A DNA stretch of 58,163 nucleotides from an uncultured Candidatus Saccharibacteria bacterium (GTDB taxonomy: Bacteria > Patescibacteriota > Saccharimonadia > Saccharimonadales > SZUA-47), in assembly GCA_964451085.1 (NCBI GenBank), contig CAYVHE010000001.1, forward strand, positions 1 to 58,163, read 5' to 3'. Below are positions 19,114 to 28,519 of the stretch, piece by piece. The position numbers were made by a program, and so were the translations under genes. The notes under the pieces are model-generated. The model did not search any database. It had not been told where the DNA came from and saw only the letters and a list, made by a program, of their open reading frames with translations. Each line of letters begins with the position of its first letter. The first letter of the stretch is position 1.

Positions 19114-19653
19114 ATGAACGATAATACAACTAATTTAACACCAAGGTTGGCGTCAAGTTTAAAGCGTAGACTTTTCGGGGCAGCTGAAATAAAAGCTCTT
19201 CAAAAAATAGTACTTCCGTTGGAGACTGTTCATTTTGCAGTATATGGTTATTACCAAGGAGGGTCTTGTCTTTTGGCAGCGACGGATCAAAGGGTCTTAT
19301 TAGTAGATAAACGGCCTTTTTTCCTACATGTTGATGTTTTTTCTCTAGATACTATCAACAACATCTCAATTAGTCGTCAATTTCTGATGGTGACATTAAA
19401 ATTGAGATGTGGTCCTAAAAAGTGCGTGTTTAGGAGTTTTAGCGACAAAAATCTTAGTAAGATGGAACGATTTATAAATTCTAAAGTTAAAAATAATATA
19501 AAGAATACTTCTTTGTATAGAAGTAACAGCCGAATATACAATAAATCGTATTTACACCCTGCATGGACCCCACATAATGCTATATTTGTTCCCAAACGCA
19601 AGGTGACTAAGTATTATCGGGAGCTTCCAGGACTGTTAGATATTATTAGTTAG
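19114..19653 (+). CDS. hypothetical protein with a bacterial PH-like domain
   Basis: The pattern VHFAVYGYYQGGSCLLAATDQRVLLVDKRPF...ISISRQFLMVTLKL resembles YokE/bPH-type domains. Confidence 0.4.
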   Translation: MNDNTTNLTPRLASSLKRRLFGAAEIKALQKIVLPLETVHFAVYGYYQGGSCLLAATDQRVLLVDKRPFFLHVDVFSLDTINNISISRQFLMVTLKLRCGPKKCVFRSFSDKNLSKMERFINSKVKNNIKNTSLYRSNSRIYNKSYLHPAWTPHNAIFVPKRKVTKYYRELPGLLDIIS

Positions 19654-19680
19654 AGCTGGCTATGCTACACTTTTTACTAA

Positions 19681-20598
19681 GTGATGGTAAAGAGAAAAAT
19701 AGATGTGACTAATCATAAAAAAGCCAAGGTTATCCTTACTATGAGTATTTCTATAGTTTTGATGGTAGTAGTGATAGTACTATGGGCAGTTACAAAAAAC
19801 TCCACCAACAGTGCAGATATATCTCCCGTGGCTGAACAAGTACAAGCCCCTATATCCTCAGATCTGGCACCAATAACTCCCAAAGTTGCAAAAAAGCCGG
19901 AAGTTAGTTTTTTTGACTCCGAAAAACTTCAAGAAACTCTAAATTCTTGGGCTACAGGGCTTCATGGCAATGCAGGTGTGGTAATAACAAATGATAGTGG
20001 GGCAGTATTGGCGTCTTTGAATCCTGACGAGAGCTTTTCTACGGCAAGTATCTATAAGCTATTTGTAGCTTACGAGGGGTATTTACAACTGGACCGGCAG
20101 GAAAATCAGGGTTCTGAAGCCTATATAAACGGTCATACGCGCTTAGAATGTCTTGACTTGATGATCAGAGAATCAGATAGCCCTTGCGCCGAAAAGTTGT
20201 GGAGAGAGTTAGGTAAACAGGAAACTACAGACAAATTAATAACTTACGGAATTACAAATACTTCATTGGTGAGTTTAACAACCACAGCAGACGACGTAGC
20301 GAAAATATTATTGAAGATATCTAATGGTGAAGGTTTATCAAATACTTCACAGCTTGCATTATTGGACTCTATGAAAAATCAGATATTTAGATTCATTTTA
20401 AACAAAGGTTTTAGCTCTAACGTTACTGTTTACAATAAGGTAGGATTTAGTGAATATCAGGAGTACCATGATGCCGCTATTTTGGAATTTCCAAACAAAC
20501 AAAGGCTAATAATGTCTGTACTTACGCAAAATGTTGGTACTAGCGCGATTGCAGATCTAGGGTCTAGAATAGAAGCAACAGTGCTGGGCGAGGAATAA
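19681..20598 (+). CDS. class A beta-lactamase-like serine hydrolase, membrane-anchored
   Basis: N-terminal TM helix, SxxK (SIYK), an SDN-like ESDS, and a KTG-like KVG motif. ATG at 19684 is the likely start. Confidence 0.6.
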   Translation: MMVKRKIDVTNHKKAKVILTMSISIVLMVVVIVLWAVTKNSTNSADISPVAEQVQAPISSDLAPITPKVAKKPEVSFFDSEKLQETLNSWATGLHGNAGVVITNDSGAVLASLNPDESFSTASIYKLFVAYEGYLQLDRQENQGSEAYINGHTRLECLDLMIRESDSPCAEKLWRELGKQETTDKLITYGITNTSLVSLTTTADDVAKILLKISNGEGLSNTSQLALLDSMKNQIFRFILNKGFSSNVTVYNKVGFSEYQEYHDAAILEFPNKQRLIMSVLTQNVGTSAIADLGSRIEATVLGEE

Positions 20599-20640
20599 AT
20601 CCGTTGATCCGGCTGCTCTTCCAGCACTACAGGCTCTGCG

Positions 20641-21726
20641 CTAGACGTTGAATCTGAACTCAACTATGTCATTTGGTTGCATGACGTAAGTTTTGCCCTC
20701 GGTACGAATTTTACCGGCTGCTTTGGCTGCTTGTTCAGACCCTGCCGATATTAAATCGTCGTAGTTAACTATTTGGGCTGCAATAAAACCCCTTTCAAAG
20801 TCACCATGTATAGCGCCCGCGGCTTTTGGAGCTGTATCACCCTTGTCTATCGTCCAGGCTCGAACTTCTTTTTCTCCAGCTGTTAAATAGCTCTGTAGCC
20901 CTAATAAATCATATGCAGCATGAATTACTTGGTCTAATCCGGGCTGATTTTGACCGTAGCTTTCTAATAGTTCTAATCTGTCATTTTCATCTAAACCGCG
21001 TAGTTCGTTTTCTAGTTTAGCACTTAAAAAAACTGAAGGGGCAGGGGCAACAAGACTTATTAGTTCATTAATTTTACTAGTATTAGTTAACTGGTCATCA
21101 TCTAAATTAAAAAGATATAAAATGGGTTTAGCCGTCATTAGCTGCAGGTTAGAAAGATTCTTATTATATTCTTTTAGTAAATCCCCAGACTTCCACAGAG
21201 GCATTCCTTCATCAAGGGTGGATTTTATCTTCTTGATTAAGTCTGATATGGGCTTTAATTTTGGGTTGGCTCTAGTTTCTTTATCTAGTTTTGGGAGCTG
21301 TTTTTCTATTGTTTGAAGATCTGCTAACACTAATTCTGTGGTAATGATATCTATGTCGTGTTTTGGGTCACGTGAGGATTCGTTACGGATTACATCATTA
21401 TCTTCAAAAGCTCTTACAACTTGGCAGATGGCATTAGAGCTTCTGATATGGCTTAAAAACTGATTTCCAAGACCCTCGCCCTGGCTAGCACCTGCTACTA
21501 GTCCGGCTATGTCTACAAATGTGACGGTTGCAGGGATTATTTTTTGAGTATTATACATCTTTGCAAGTTTTGCCAAGCGTGAGTCAGGGACAGGCACTAT
21601 TCCTGTATTTGGTTCAATTGTTGCAAAAGGGTAGTTAGCTGCCAGGACATCATTGTCGGTTAAGGCGTTAAAAAGTGTCGACTTACCTACATTAGGCAGC
21701 CCTACTATTCCGATAGATAAACTCAT
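20641..21726 (-). CDS. ychF: ribosome-binding ATPase YchF
   Basis: GIVGLPNVGKSTLFNALT P-loop, a coiled insert, and a C-terminal TGS-like domain (AGAIHGDFERGFI). Confidence 0.95.
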   Translation of the reverse strand: MSLSIGIVGLPNVGKSTLFNALTDNDVLAANYPFATIEPNTGIVPVPDSRLAKLAKMYNTQKIIPATVTFVDIAGLVAGASQGEGLGNQFLSHIRSSNAICQVVRAFEDNDVIRNESSRDPKHDIDIITTELVLADLQTIEKQLPKLDKETRANPKLKPISDLIKKIKSTLDEGMPLWKSGDLLKEYNKNLSNLQLMTAKPILYLFNLDDDQLTNTSKINELISLVAPAPSVFLSAKLENELRGLDENDRLELLESYGQNQPGLDQVIHAAYDLLGLQSYLTAGEKEVRAWTIDKGDTAPKAAGAIHGDFERGFIAAQIVNYDDLISAGSEQAAKAAGKIRTEGKTYVMQPNDIVEFRFNV

Positions 21727-21881
21727 TAATTACTAGTATCAGTTATTTAGCTAGAAGTATCAAGCTTAAGGGCAAAAATATTTATGGAAAAAAGGGACTT
21801 TAAGCTGAATAGATTGTAGACACTTGTAAAAAGCGTTAAAACGTGCTATTATATTCAAGAGTATTAAAAAAGAAATACAAA

Positions 21882-23189
21882 ATGTCAGCATCAAACAACT
21901 ATACACCTCAAGTACCTGGACCGGTTTCCAGAGGCTATACACCTCAACAGCCCGGGGACTCCGTATTAGACAGTTTTCTGAATGGGCCTAGACTGCCTGT
22001 TGACCCGTTTGAGGACTTAAGACAAGGCTACGAAGCACCTAAACCTAAGAAAAATGGAGTAAGAAGAAAAATCGGTGTTGTAGCCTTAGGCGCGGCTGTT
22101 ACCTTAGCCTCAATTGGGGTAGCTATTGGTTTTGGTAATCATGAGGAAGAACCCGCTGTATCCATTGATGAACCAATCGAAAATATTAGCCCAGTATCAT
22201 CTTTGCAACCAGACCATGTCACTAGTACTACTACACAATCGCCAGGAGAACCGATTATTTTACAGCCCACGGAGATAGGTAATGTTGAGTTTAGTGATAA
22301 TGGTCCAATTCTTCAGGATATAAATTGGTCGGCGTGGGTGCAAGGAGACAAATATATGACTGAGATGCTAAGCAACAATGAAATGTCCGCAGAAATGGCA
22401 TCATCCAATATAAGGATAATTATGAAAAATGGACATGATTTTGTTGTAGGTACAGCAGGACTTCTTGAGTTAGCAGATGGTGACGTAGGGCTGCTGACCG
22501 TGCAGCACGTTACAGATAATACCGAGGGTGATTATGCCGGTGGTATGTTTGCTTTGATACCAGGGAAAGGTACAGTAAATATTTCTGAGCAGATAGGGCA
22601 CATTGATAGGTCGGATTTAACTGAACGAGTAGGTAGTGCATCTGAGCAAGAAGATGGTGATGCGGCTGTAGTAGTACATTTAAGCGCTGAACAGCAAGAA
22701 ATAATTCGTTCATTTGTAGAAAAAGGGGAGCTGACAACCTTTAGAATATCCGATAGTCCTAGTCAAATAGGTGATAGCCTACATGTAAATAACGGGAGAA
22801 CCGGCTACATAGTTTCATTAATACAAGTTAGATATAACGAAGGGCGTTATTACGAGGAATACTATAGACAAAGTCAGCCTGACTTGGTTATTGATAGTTC
22901 TGTGACGGGAGAGGCTTTAGACGACGGTGAATTTGATGTTAGAGACCGAGCTAATTTTGAAGCTTGGGTATTGAACCAGAAACAAGAGGATTTAGAAAAA
23001 CTACAAGAAAGCGCTGATGCGTTCCTATGCGAAGGTCAAAGTGGATCACCTATTCTAAACGAAGAAGGCGAAGCAATTGGTGTGACGTCTGCCGGTGTGA
23101 AGCAAAATGGGCTCAGTATTGGGCCTTTTAGCTTCGAATTGATAGATGGCGCAACTTGCTTTGTAGAAATCATCGGATCTAACGCATAA
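21882..23189 (+). CDS. membrane-anchored trypsin-like serine protease
   Basis: His motif LLTVQHVTD and Ser motif CEGQSGSPILNEEGEAIGV. Single TM helix (IGVVALGAAVTLASIGVAIGF). ATG at 21882 is preferred over the tracked GTG at 21843, because a TTGTAA-N18-TATTAT promoter-like element overlaps 21843. Confidence 0.65.
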   Translation: MSASNNYTPQVPGPVSRGYTPQQPGDSVLDSFLNGPRLPVDPFEDLRQGYEAPKPKKNGVRRKIGVVALGAAVTLASIGVAIGFGNHEEEPAVSIDEPIENISPVSSLQPDHVTSTTTQSPGEPIILQPTEIGNVEFSDNGPILQDINWSAWVQGDKYMTEMLSNNEMSAEMASSNIRIIMKNGHDFVVGTAGLLELADGDVGLLTVQHVTDNTEGDYAGGMFALIPGKGTVNISEQIGHIDRSDLTERVGSASEQEDGDAAVVVHLSAEQQEIIRSFVEKGELTTFRISDSPSQIGDSLHVNNGRTGYIVSLIQVRYNEGRYYEEYYRQSQPDLVIDSSVTGEALDDGEFDVRDRANFEAWVLNQKQEDLEKLQESADAFLCEGQSGSPILNEEGEAIGVTSAGVKQNGLSIGPFSFELIDGATCFVEIIGSNA

Positions 23190-23242
23190 TACTTTTTAAA
23201 AAAGCTACTATATAAAAGATATAAGTAGGCTTTAATCAATGG

Positions 23243-23971
23243 TTGATTCGTAGTAACATAAGTGTAATGGCTACGTTTAGCGAAATTCCGGTAGAATCTT
23301 GGCAATGGCTTTTTATTGGCGTTGTTTTCTGTACGGTTAGTATTAGAAGTTATTTCAATTACAAAAAAACAACCAACCAAGTGTCACTATTTTATTTGTA
23401 TATTGCTGCTGTTGCCGGATTTTCTTATTTTTTCTGGGGCATGCCCTCTGTCTTTACAAAAGACATGGATGTAATTAAGTACTCTGGTATGGTTGGCGAT
23501 GTATTGATAACTATCCCAGTCGGCGCTCACGCAATTTTGTTGTGGATGCTGGTCCTAAAGGATAAAAAAATATCTAAGTGGACATTATTGATTCCGTCTT
23601 TGTTTATTGCATTGTGGTCCGGAATACTTTCTGTAAGCAAAGCTTTTTCAGGCGAGAATTTTACCCATATATCTGATAGCGGTGAGCTATTATTAGGAAA
23701 TCTCCCTAGCATTCTTTCTGTTTTGTTTATTATTATATTTTATCCACTTGCAGTCTATTTTTTAAGAAGTGCCAGTTCAGCAAAAGATGCAACTGGAAAA
23801 ATGCGGGGTGTAGCACTGGGATTAGTTTATGCAGGACTGGCAACTGTAGAAATTCAAGCAAACTCTTTTAGCTCTTCCTCTCAGGAAACCGAAAGGTTCC
23901 TGATACTACTGTTAATGGCTATCTTTGGATTAATATTTTTTGTAATCGCACAATTTACCAAAAAACGATAA
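23243..23971 (+). CDS. polytopic membrane protein (hypothetical)
   Basis: About 6-7 hydrophobic helices. TTG at 23243; ATG at 23267 is the more likely start. Confidence 0.5.
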   Translation: MIRSNISVMATFSEIPVESWQWLFIGVVFCTVSIRSYFNYKKTTNQVSLFYLYIAAVAGFSYFFWGMPSVFTKDMDVIKYSGMVGDVLITIPVGAHAILLWMLVLKDKKISKWTLLIPSLFIALWSGILSVSKAFSGENFTHISDSGELLLGNLPSILSVLFIIIFYPLAVYFLRSASSAKDATGKMRGVALGLVYAGLATVEIQANSFSSSSQETERFLILLLMAIFGLIFFVIAQFTKKR

Positions 23972-24031
23972 GTTTTAAAGCTATAGAATAACAGGGTATA
24001 CTAATACCAAAGTACTTAAGCTTTAATATAT

Positions 24032-25690
24032 ATGGAACATAATAAATTTCGTAACACTCTAGCGCATAGGCTCTCTGCAGGTTTAGTCACATTGTTGGCA
24101 ATGATTCTTGTTGCTGTTGTGATGCAATACCAGGGGCTATTTTCTGGTGTTAAAGGTTTCTATGCGGCTATATTAATATCAAGTTTTGTAGTTATTACTA
24201 TGCTACGAGTTTTTGATTTATTTAGGTTAAACAAAAACCCACTAATATTTATGGGGGCCTACAATATTGTGTTTATGATTGCTCAAATTGTAGTTTTTGC
24301 CCCTTTACATATATTGTCTCTGATATGGATTGTTTTATTGGTAAGGACCCGTTCGTATTTAGATGCGTTTTGGTCCTATGTTTGGTTAGCAGTTTTCGCA
24401 TTATCTAGTTTGGCTGGGCTGGTTGTTGCAGAAGGCAATATGAATGATTTTTACTCTGTAGTTGCAGAGATAGGCATTGTACTTTTGGTAGCACTAGTGT
24501 TACAAGATTCAGAATCTCAGAAGGCTGGTTTTTATAGAGCTCAAGTAGATGAGACTGTCGCGAGTAAGAGGCTTCAGCACAGGCTTGAATCTATGTTTAA
24601 TAATATTTCTCTAGCTATTTTTGGATTGGATAAAACGGGTGCAGTAGTTGTATATAACCACGCAGCCTTAAATATCATTAATAAAAACGCAGAACTTCAC
24701 GGCATTAATATAAATTCTGTGCTTGCTATAAGCGACGAAGAAGGCAAACACATATCCTTTGCTGAACTTAATAAAACTATATCTAAAACAGAGAGAGATG
24801 ATGTATATTTACACATTGGCCACGACGAAAGAACTCCGATAAACCTGATAGTATCTAGGTTTCACGAAAGCTATGCTGTAAATGACGGGATTAGTTTGGT
24901 GTTAACAATGCAGGACATAACAAAACAGAAAAAACTAAACACCCAGCAAGAGGATTTTATCTCGGTAGTATCGCATGAACTTAGGACTCCGCTTACGGTA
25001 GCCGAAGGAGGGGTCTCGAACGCACTATTAGTTAATAAGAAAAACGGCGATAACGAGGTTATTGGTCGAGCACTAAATGTTGCGCACGAACAAGTAGAAT
25101 TTTTGTCTCAAATCGTTAATAACGTAAATACACTAACGCAATCCGCAAAAGACAAGCTAGAAGTAAATCTAGAAAGAATTTTTCCTAAAGAAATTGTAAT
25201 GCACACTGCTAAAATATATGAAAATAGCGTGAATAAAGACAAATTGAGACTGGTATGTAAGGTAGATGATGACGTTGGGTCTATTATTTCTTCCAGGGAG
25301 TTTATAGAAGACATAATGAAGAACTTGGTAGAGAATGCGCTTAAGTATACCGAAGAAGGTGAAATTACTATTGGGGCTTACAAAGACCAGAAACTTATTA
25401 ATTTCTACGTTAAGGATACTGGAATTGGAATAAGTCATTCAGACATTAGTAATATTTTTGACAAATTTTTCAGAGTTGAGTCTCACGAAATTCAGCAAAA
25501 AGGCGGCACGGGTCTTGGATTGTACGTGTCGACCCAACTAGCAGAAAGAATAAATTCCGAGCTCAGTGTAGACAGTAGACCTGGTGAGGGATCTATCTTT
25601 ACTCTAAGCGTTCCAAGAGTAGGAGCTCTAGCAAGGGATACTAACCAAGTGTCACGTACTGAAGTTAGTGATTTTATGTCCGGTATTTAG
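24032..25690 (+). CDS. sensor histidine kinase with multi-TM N-terminus and PAS-like domain
   Basis: H-box SHELRTPL, N-box LVENALKYT, G-boxes DTGIGI and GGTGLGL. About 5 N-terminal TM helices. No response regulator is present in the window. Confidence 0.85.
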   Translation: MEHNKFRNTLAHRLSAGLVTLLAMILVAVVMQYQGLFSGVKGFYAAILISSFVVITMLRVFDLFRLNKNPLIFMGAYNIVFMIAQIVVFAPLHILSLIWIVLLVRTRSYLDAFWSYVWLAVFALSSLAGLVVAEGNMNDFYSVVAEIGIVLLVALVLQDSESQKAGFYRAQVDETVASKRLQHRLESMFNNISLAIFGLDKTGAVVVYNHAALNIINKNAELHGININSVLAISDEEGKHISFAELNKTISKTERDDVYLHIGHDERTPINLIVSRFHESYAVNDGISLVLTMQDITKQKKLNTQQEDFISVVSHELRTPLTVAEGGVSNALLVNKKNGDNEVIGRALNVAHEQVEFLSQIVNNVNTLTQSAKDKLEVNLERIFPKEIVMHTAKIYENSVNKDKLRLVCKVDDDVGSIISSREFIEDIMKNLVENALKYTEEGEITIGAYKDQKLINFYVKDTGIGISHSDISNIFDKFFRVESHEIQQKGGTGLGLYVSTQLAERINSELSVDSRPGEGSIFTLSVPRVGALARDTNQVSRTEVSDFMSGI

Positions 25691-25813
25691 TTAAAAACGT
25701 GATTTATGTATCCTAAAATCGGATAAAAACTCGCACATCGAGTGCGTATATTATGGGAACAACATAAATAGTGTAAATAACTATAGATTCGATAAAGCAT
25801 ATACGTTATACTT

Positions 25814-26863
25814 ATGGCTAGGAATATGGGCATACTATCTAAATCATCAGATTTTTTTGGCCTAGACATCGGCACTTCTGCAATAAGAGTGGTGCAAATG
25901 AAGGGGGGCAGAGCAAAAACCCTTGCTCACTATGGTTCGCTAGATATCGACGGTAAACTCTCTAAAAGCGACTCAAATGCAGATCAACAAAAATTAGCTC
26001 AAGCCGTTAAACAGGTCGTAGCTAATAGTGGTATAAATACATCAAACGTTGCTGTGGGGATTCCTTCACAACGAGTATTTGTGACTGTTGTTGATATCGA
26101 CAGGTTAGCACCTAAAGAGTTAGATAAGTCTATTCGGCTTCAAGCTGAATCTCTAATACCAACCCCTTTAAGTGATTCTAAAATTGACTGGGCTTTGTTA
26201 GGAGACTCACCTAAAGAACAAAGTAAAGTTGAGATTTTGTTAAGTAGTGTTCAAAATGACTTTGTTGAGAGAAGACTAGACTTACTAGAGGGAATTGGCC
26301 TAAACGTAATTGCATTTGAACCCGACAGTCTTGCTTTAAGTAGATCTTTGTTAACTCCTGGTACTGCTGCACCGCACTTATTGTTAGATATGGGTAGCGA
26401 GGCAACTGATTTAGTTATAACTCTTAACGACGCACCAAGATTAATAAGGTCTATCCCAATAGGTACAAACGCGATTGTTAAAGCTGCGATTCAGAATCTT
26501 GGTATTGACGAGAAGCAAGCCACGCAGTTTGTATATAAGTTCGGAGTTAGCAAAGATAAATTAGATGGACAAATTTTTAATGCAATAAATAGTACTATCG
26601 AGACTCTTGTTACAGAAATCGAGAAATCAATAAAATTCTTTAGTACTAGGTATCAAGGAGTTGGCTTAGAGAGGATCGTATTAACGGGCGGGGCATCAGT
26701 GCTACCAGAATTTCCATTAATGATTGCAAATAAGTTTGGGGTAAGCGTAGAAATTGGTAACTCATGGCGAAATGCTGCCTTTCCGGTAGAACGCCAAAAT
26801 GAGTTGTTGGTTGTGTCTAATAAATTTGCTACGGCAGCTGGCTTAGCCGAGAGGTTAGCATGA
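25814..26863 (+). CDS. pilM: type IV pilus assembly protein PilM
   Basis: Actin-like ATPase fold with FFGLDIGTSAIRVVQM. First gene of the pilMNO set. Confidence 0.85.
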   Translation: MARNMGILSKSSDFFGLDIGTSAIRVVQMKGGRAKTLAHYGSLDIDGKLSKSDSNADQQKLAQAVKQVVANSGINTSNVAVGIPSQRVFVTVVDIDRLAPKELDKSIRLQAESLIPTPLSDSKIDWALLGDSPKEQSKVEILLSSVQNDFVERRLDLLEGIGLNVIAFEPDSLALSRSLLTPGTAAPHLLLDMGSEATDLVITLNDAPRLIRSIPIGTNAIVKAAIQNLGIDEKQATQFVYKFGVSKDKLDGQIFNAINSTIETLVTEIEKSIKFFSTRYQGVGLERIVLTGGASVLPEFPLMIANKFGVSVEIGNSWRNAAFPVERQNELLVVSNKFATAAGLAERLA

Positions 26864-27567
26864 TTCAATTTAATTTACTTCCAGACGTAAAAAAAGAATA
26901 CATTAAAGCTAAGAGAACCAAAGCGTTAATTCTAAACGTATCAGCCATATCAATAGTTATTTCTGTGGTAGCTGTCCTTATTATGTTTAGTTTTGTCCAA
27001 GGTGTTCAAAAAAAACACATCACTGATTTAACTAAAGATATAAAATCAGGAATAGCATCGATAACCGACATTCAAGACTTGGATAAAATTCTTACGATTC
27101 AACATCAGCTAGGTGAACTAACGACTCTGCACGAAGAAAAACCAGAAACTTCAAGGATTTTTGGATACCTAAATCAGCTAACACCTATTAGCGTTAAGAT
27201 AAGTAGCATAACCTTAAATATCGATGACAGCACCTTGATAATTTCTGGTACTTCGGATAGTCTAGCTTCGATTAATCAATATATTGATACTCTAAAGTTC
27301 TCTAGTTTTGATACGACGGATACAGAAAATAACCAGCCGTTTAACGATATCGTTTCACAAATGAGTAGGAATGAGTCCAAGTCTTCCTACGAAGTAAGCA
27401 TGACTTTTGACCCTATCTTATTTAATAATACCGAGTCAGTAATCTTAAATGTTCCCGATAAAATAACAACGCGCTCAGTTATTGGAAAACCTACTCTTAA
27501 TAATGTGCAGGCCACTCCAGATAACCCGTTATTTAATGACCCTGGCAACAGTGGAGGAGGGCAGTAA
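26860..27567 (+). CDS. pilN: type IV pilus assembly protein PilN
   Basis: N-terminal FNLLP motif followed by a single TM helix. Start overlaps the pilM stop by 4 nt. Confidence 0.7.
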   Translation: MIQFNLLPDVKKEYIKAKRTKALILNVSAISIVISVVAVLIMFSFVQGVQKKHITDLTKDIKSGIASITDIQDLDKILTIQHQLGELTTLHEEKPETSRIFGYLNQLTPISVKISSITLNIDDSTLIISGTSDSLASINQYIDTLKFSSFDTTDTENNQPFNDIVSQMSRNESKSSYEVSMTFDPILFNNTESVILNVPDKITTRSVIGKPTLNNVQATPDNPLFNDPGNSGGGQ

Positions 27568-28259
27568 TGGCTGAACAAAATCATAAATCCATAAAACATG
27601 CGATCATCGACAAAGTTAATACGACTATAATAATTTCTGTATCAATTGCTGCATTCGTAGTGGTATTTAGTCTTTTTGCAATAAAATCACTTGTCAGCCA
27701 GAGTCTCTACCAACAGAGGGTTATTTCAGCTAAGGAAGAAACGCTCAAGTTAGTTAAATCAAATAAAACAATTGCTCTCGAGCTTCAAACATCTTTTACA
27801 GATTTTGATTCAGAAATAACTAATGTTTTAGGAGGAAGCTCTAGTGGCGATGGTCCTATGGATGGAGATAATGGGAAGATAGTTCTTGATTCGTTGCCAA
27901 GCGAGTATGATTTACCAGCTCTTTCTAGTAGTATAGAAAAAATCCTAACGGATGGTGGATATCAGATTCAGTCTATAGGTGGTACTGAAGAAGGCAATAA
28001 AGATAGCAATTCTGATAGTACTTCAAAAACTTCTTCCGTTTTATCTACTCCGATAGAAATTCCATATCCATTTGGTATTCAAGCCAGTACAGAACAAACT
28101 ATTAATTTACTAAAGACTTTAGAAAGTTCAATTCGTCCGTTTTATGTCACCAAGCTAACAATTGATAGCGGTAAAGATGCTCTAGATACAACAATAGGCC
28201 TTAAAACTTTTTATCAACCAGCCAGTAATCTGCAAGTTTCTACAAAGGTGGTTAAATAA
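27567..28259 (+). CDS. pilO: type IV pilus assembly protein PilO-like
   Basis: Single TM helix, then a coiled-coil and an alpha/beta domain. Translationally coupled to its neighbours. Confidence 0.55.
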   Translation: MAEQNHKSIKHAIIDKVNTTIIISVSIAAFVVVFSLFAIKSLVSQSLYQQRVISAKEETLKLVKSNKTIALELQTSFTDFDSEITNVLGGSSSGDGPMDGDNGKIVLDSLPSEYDLPALSSSIEKILTDGGYQIQSIGGTEEGNKDSNSDSTSKTSSVLSTPIEIPYPFGIQASTEQTINLLKTLESSIRPFYVTKLTIDSGKDALDTTIGLKTFYQPASNLQVSTKVVK

Positions 28260-28504
28260 TGAAACGCAAAGACCTAGGACTTATAGCGGTAGTAGCAATA
28301 ATAAGTGCAGTAATATCTATTGTTGCATCAAATATCTTCTTATCTTCGGCGTCACAACGTAGTCAAAAAGTAGAGAAAGTAGGAAGGCTAAACTCAGAGT
28401 TTATTAAACCTTCTGACAAGTACTTTAATAGTAATTCTGTAAACCCTACAAAACTAATAGAGATAGGTCAAGATAAAGACAGTAATCCTTTTAGTGAACA
28501 ATAG
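28259..28504 (+). CDS. small single-TM pilus-locus protein
   Basis: 81 aa with an N-terminal TM helix. Start overlaps the pilO stop. Confidence 0.4.
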   Translation: MKRKDLGLIAVVAIISAVISIVASNIFLSSASQRSQKVEKVGRLNSEFIKPSDKYFNSNSVNPTKLIEIGQDKDSNPFSEQ

Positions 28505-28519
28505 GCAGTTGGCGAATCG

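Noticed and set aside
21843-21881. The GTG start of the protease ORF as given in the ORF track.
   Set aside because: A promoter-like TTGTAA-N18-TATTAT overlaps this position, and the first 13 codons are Lys-rich AT-rich sequence. ATG at 21882 is the more plausible start.
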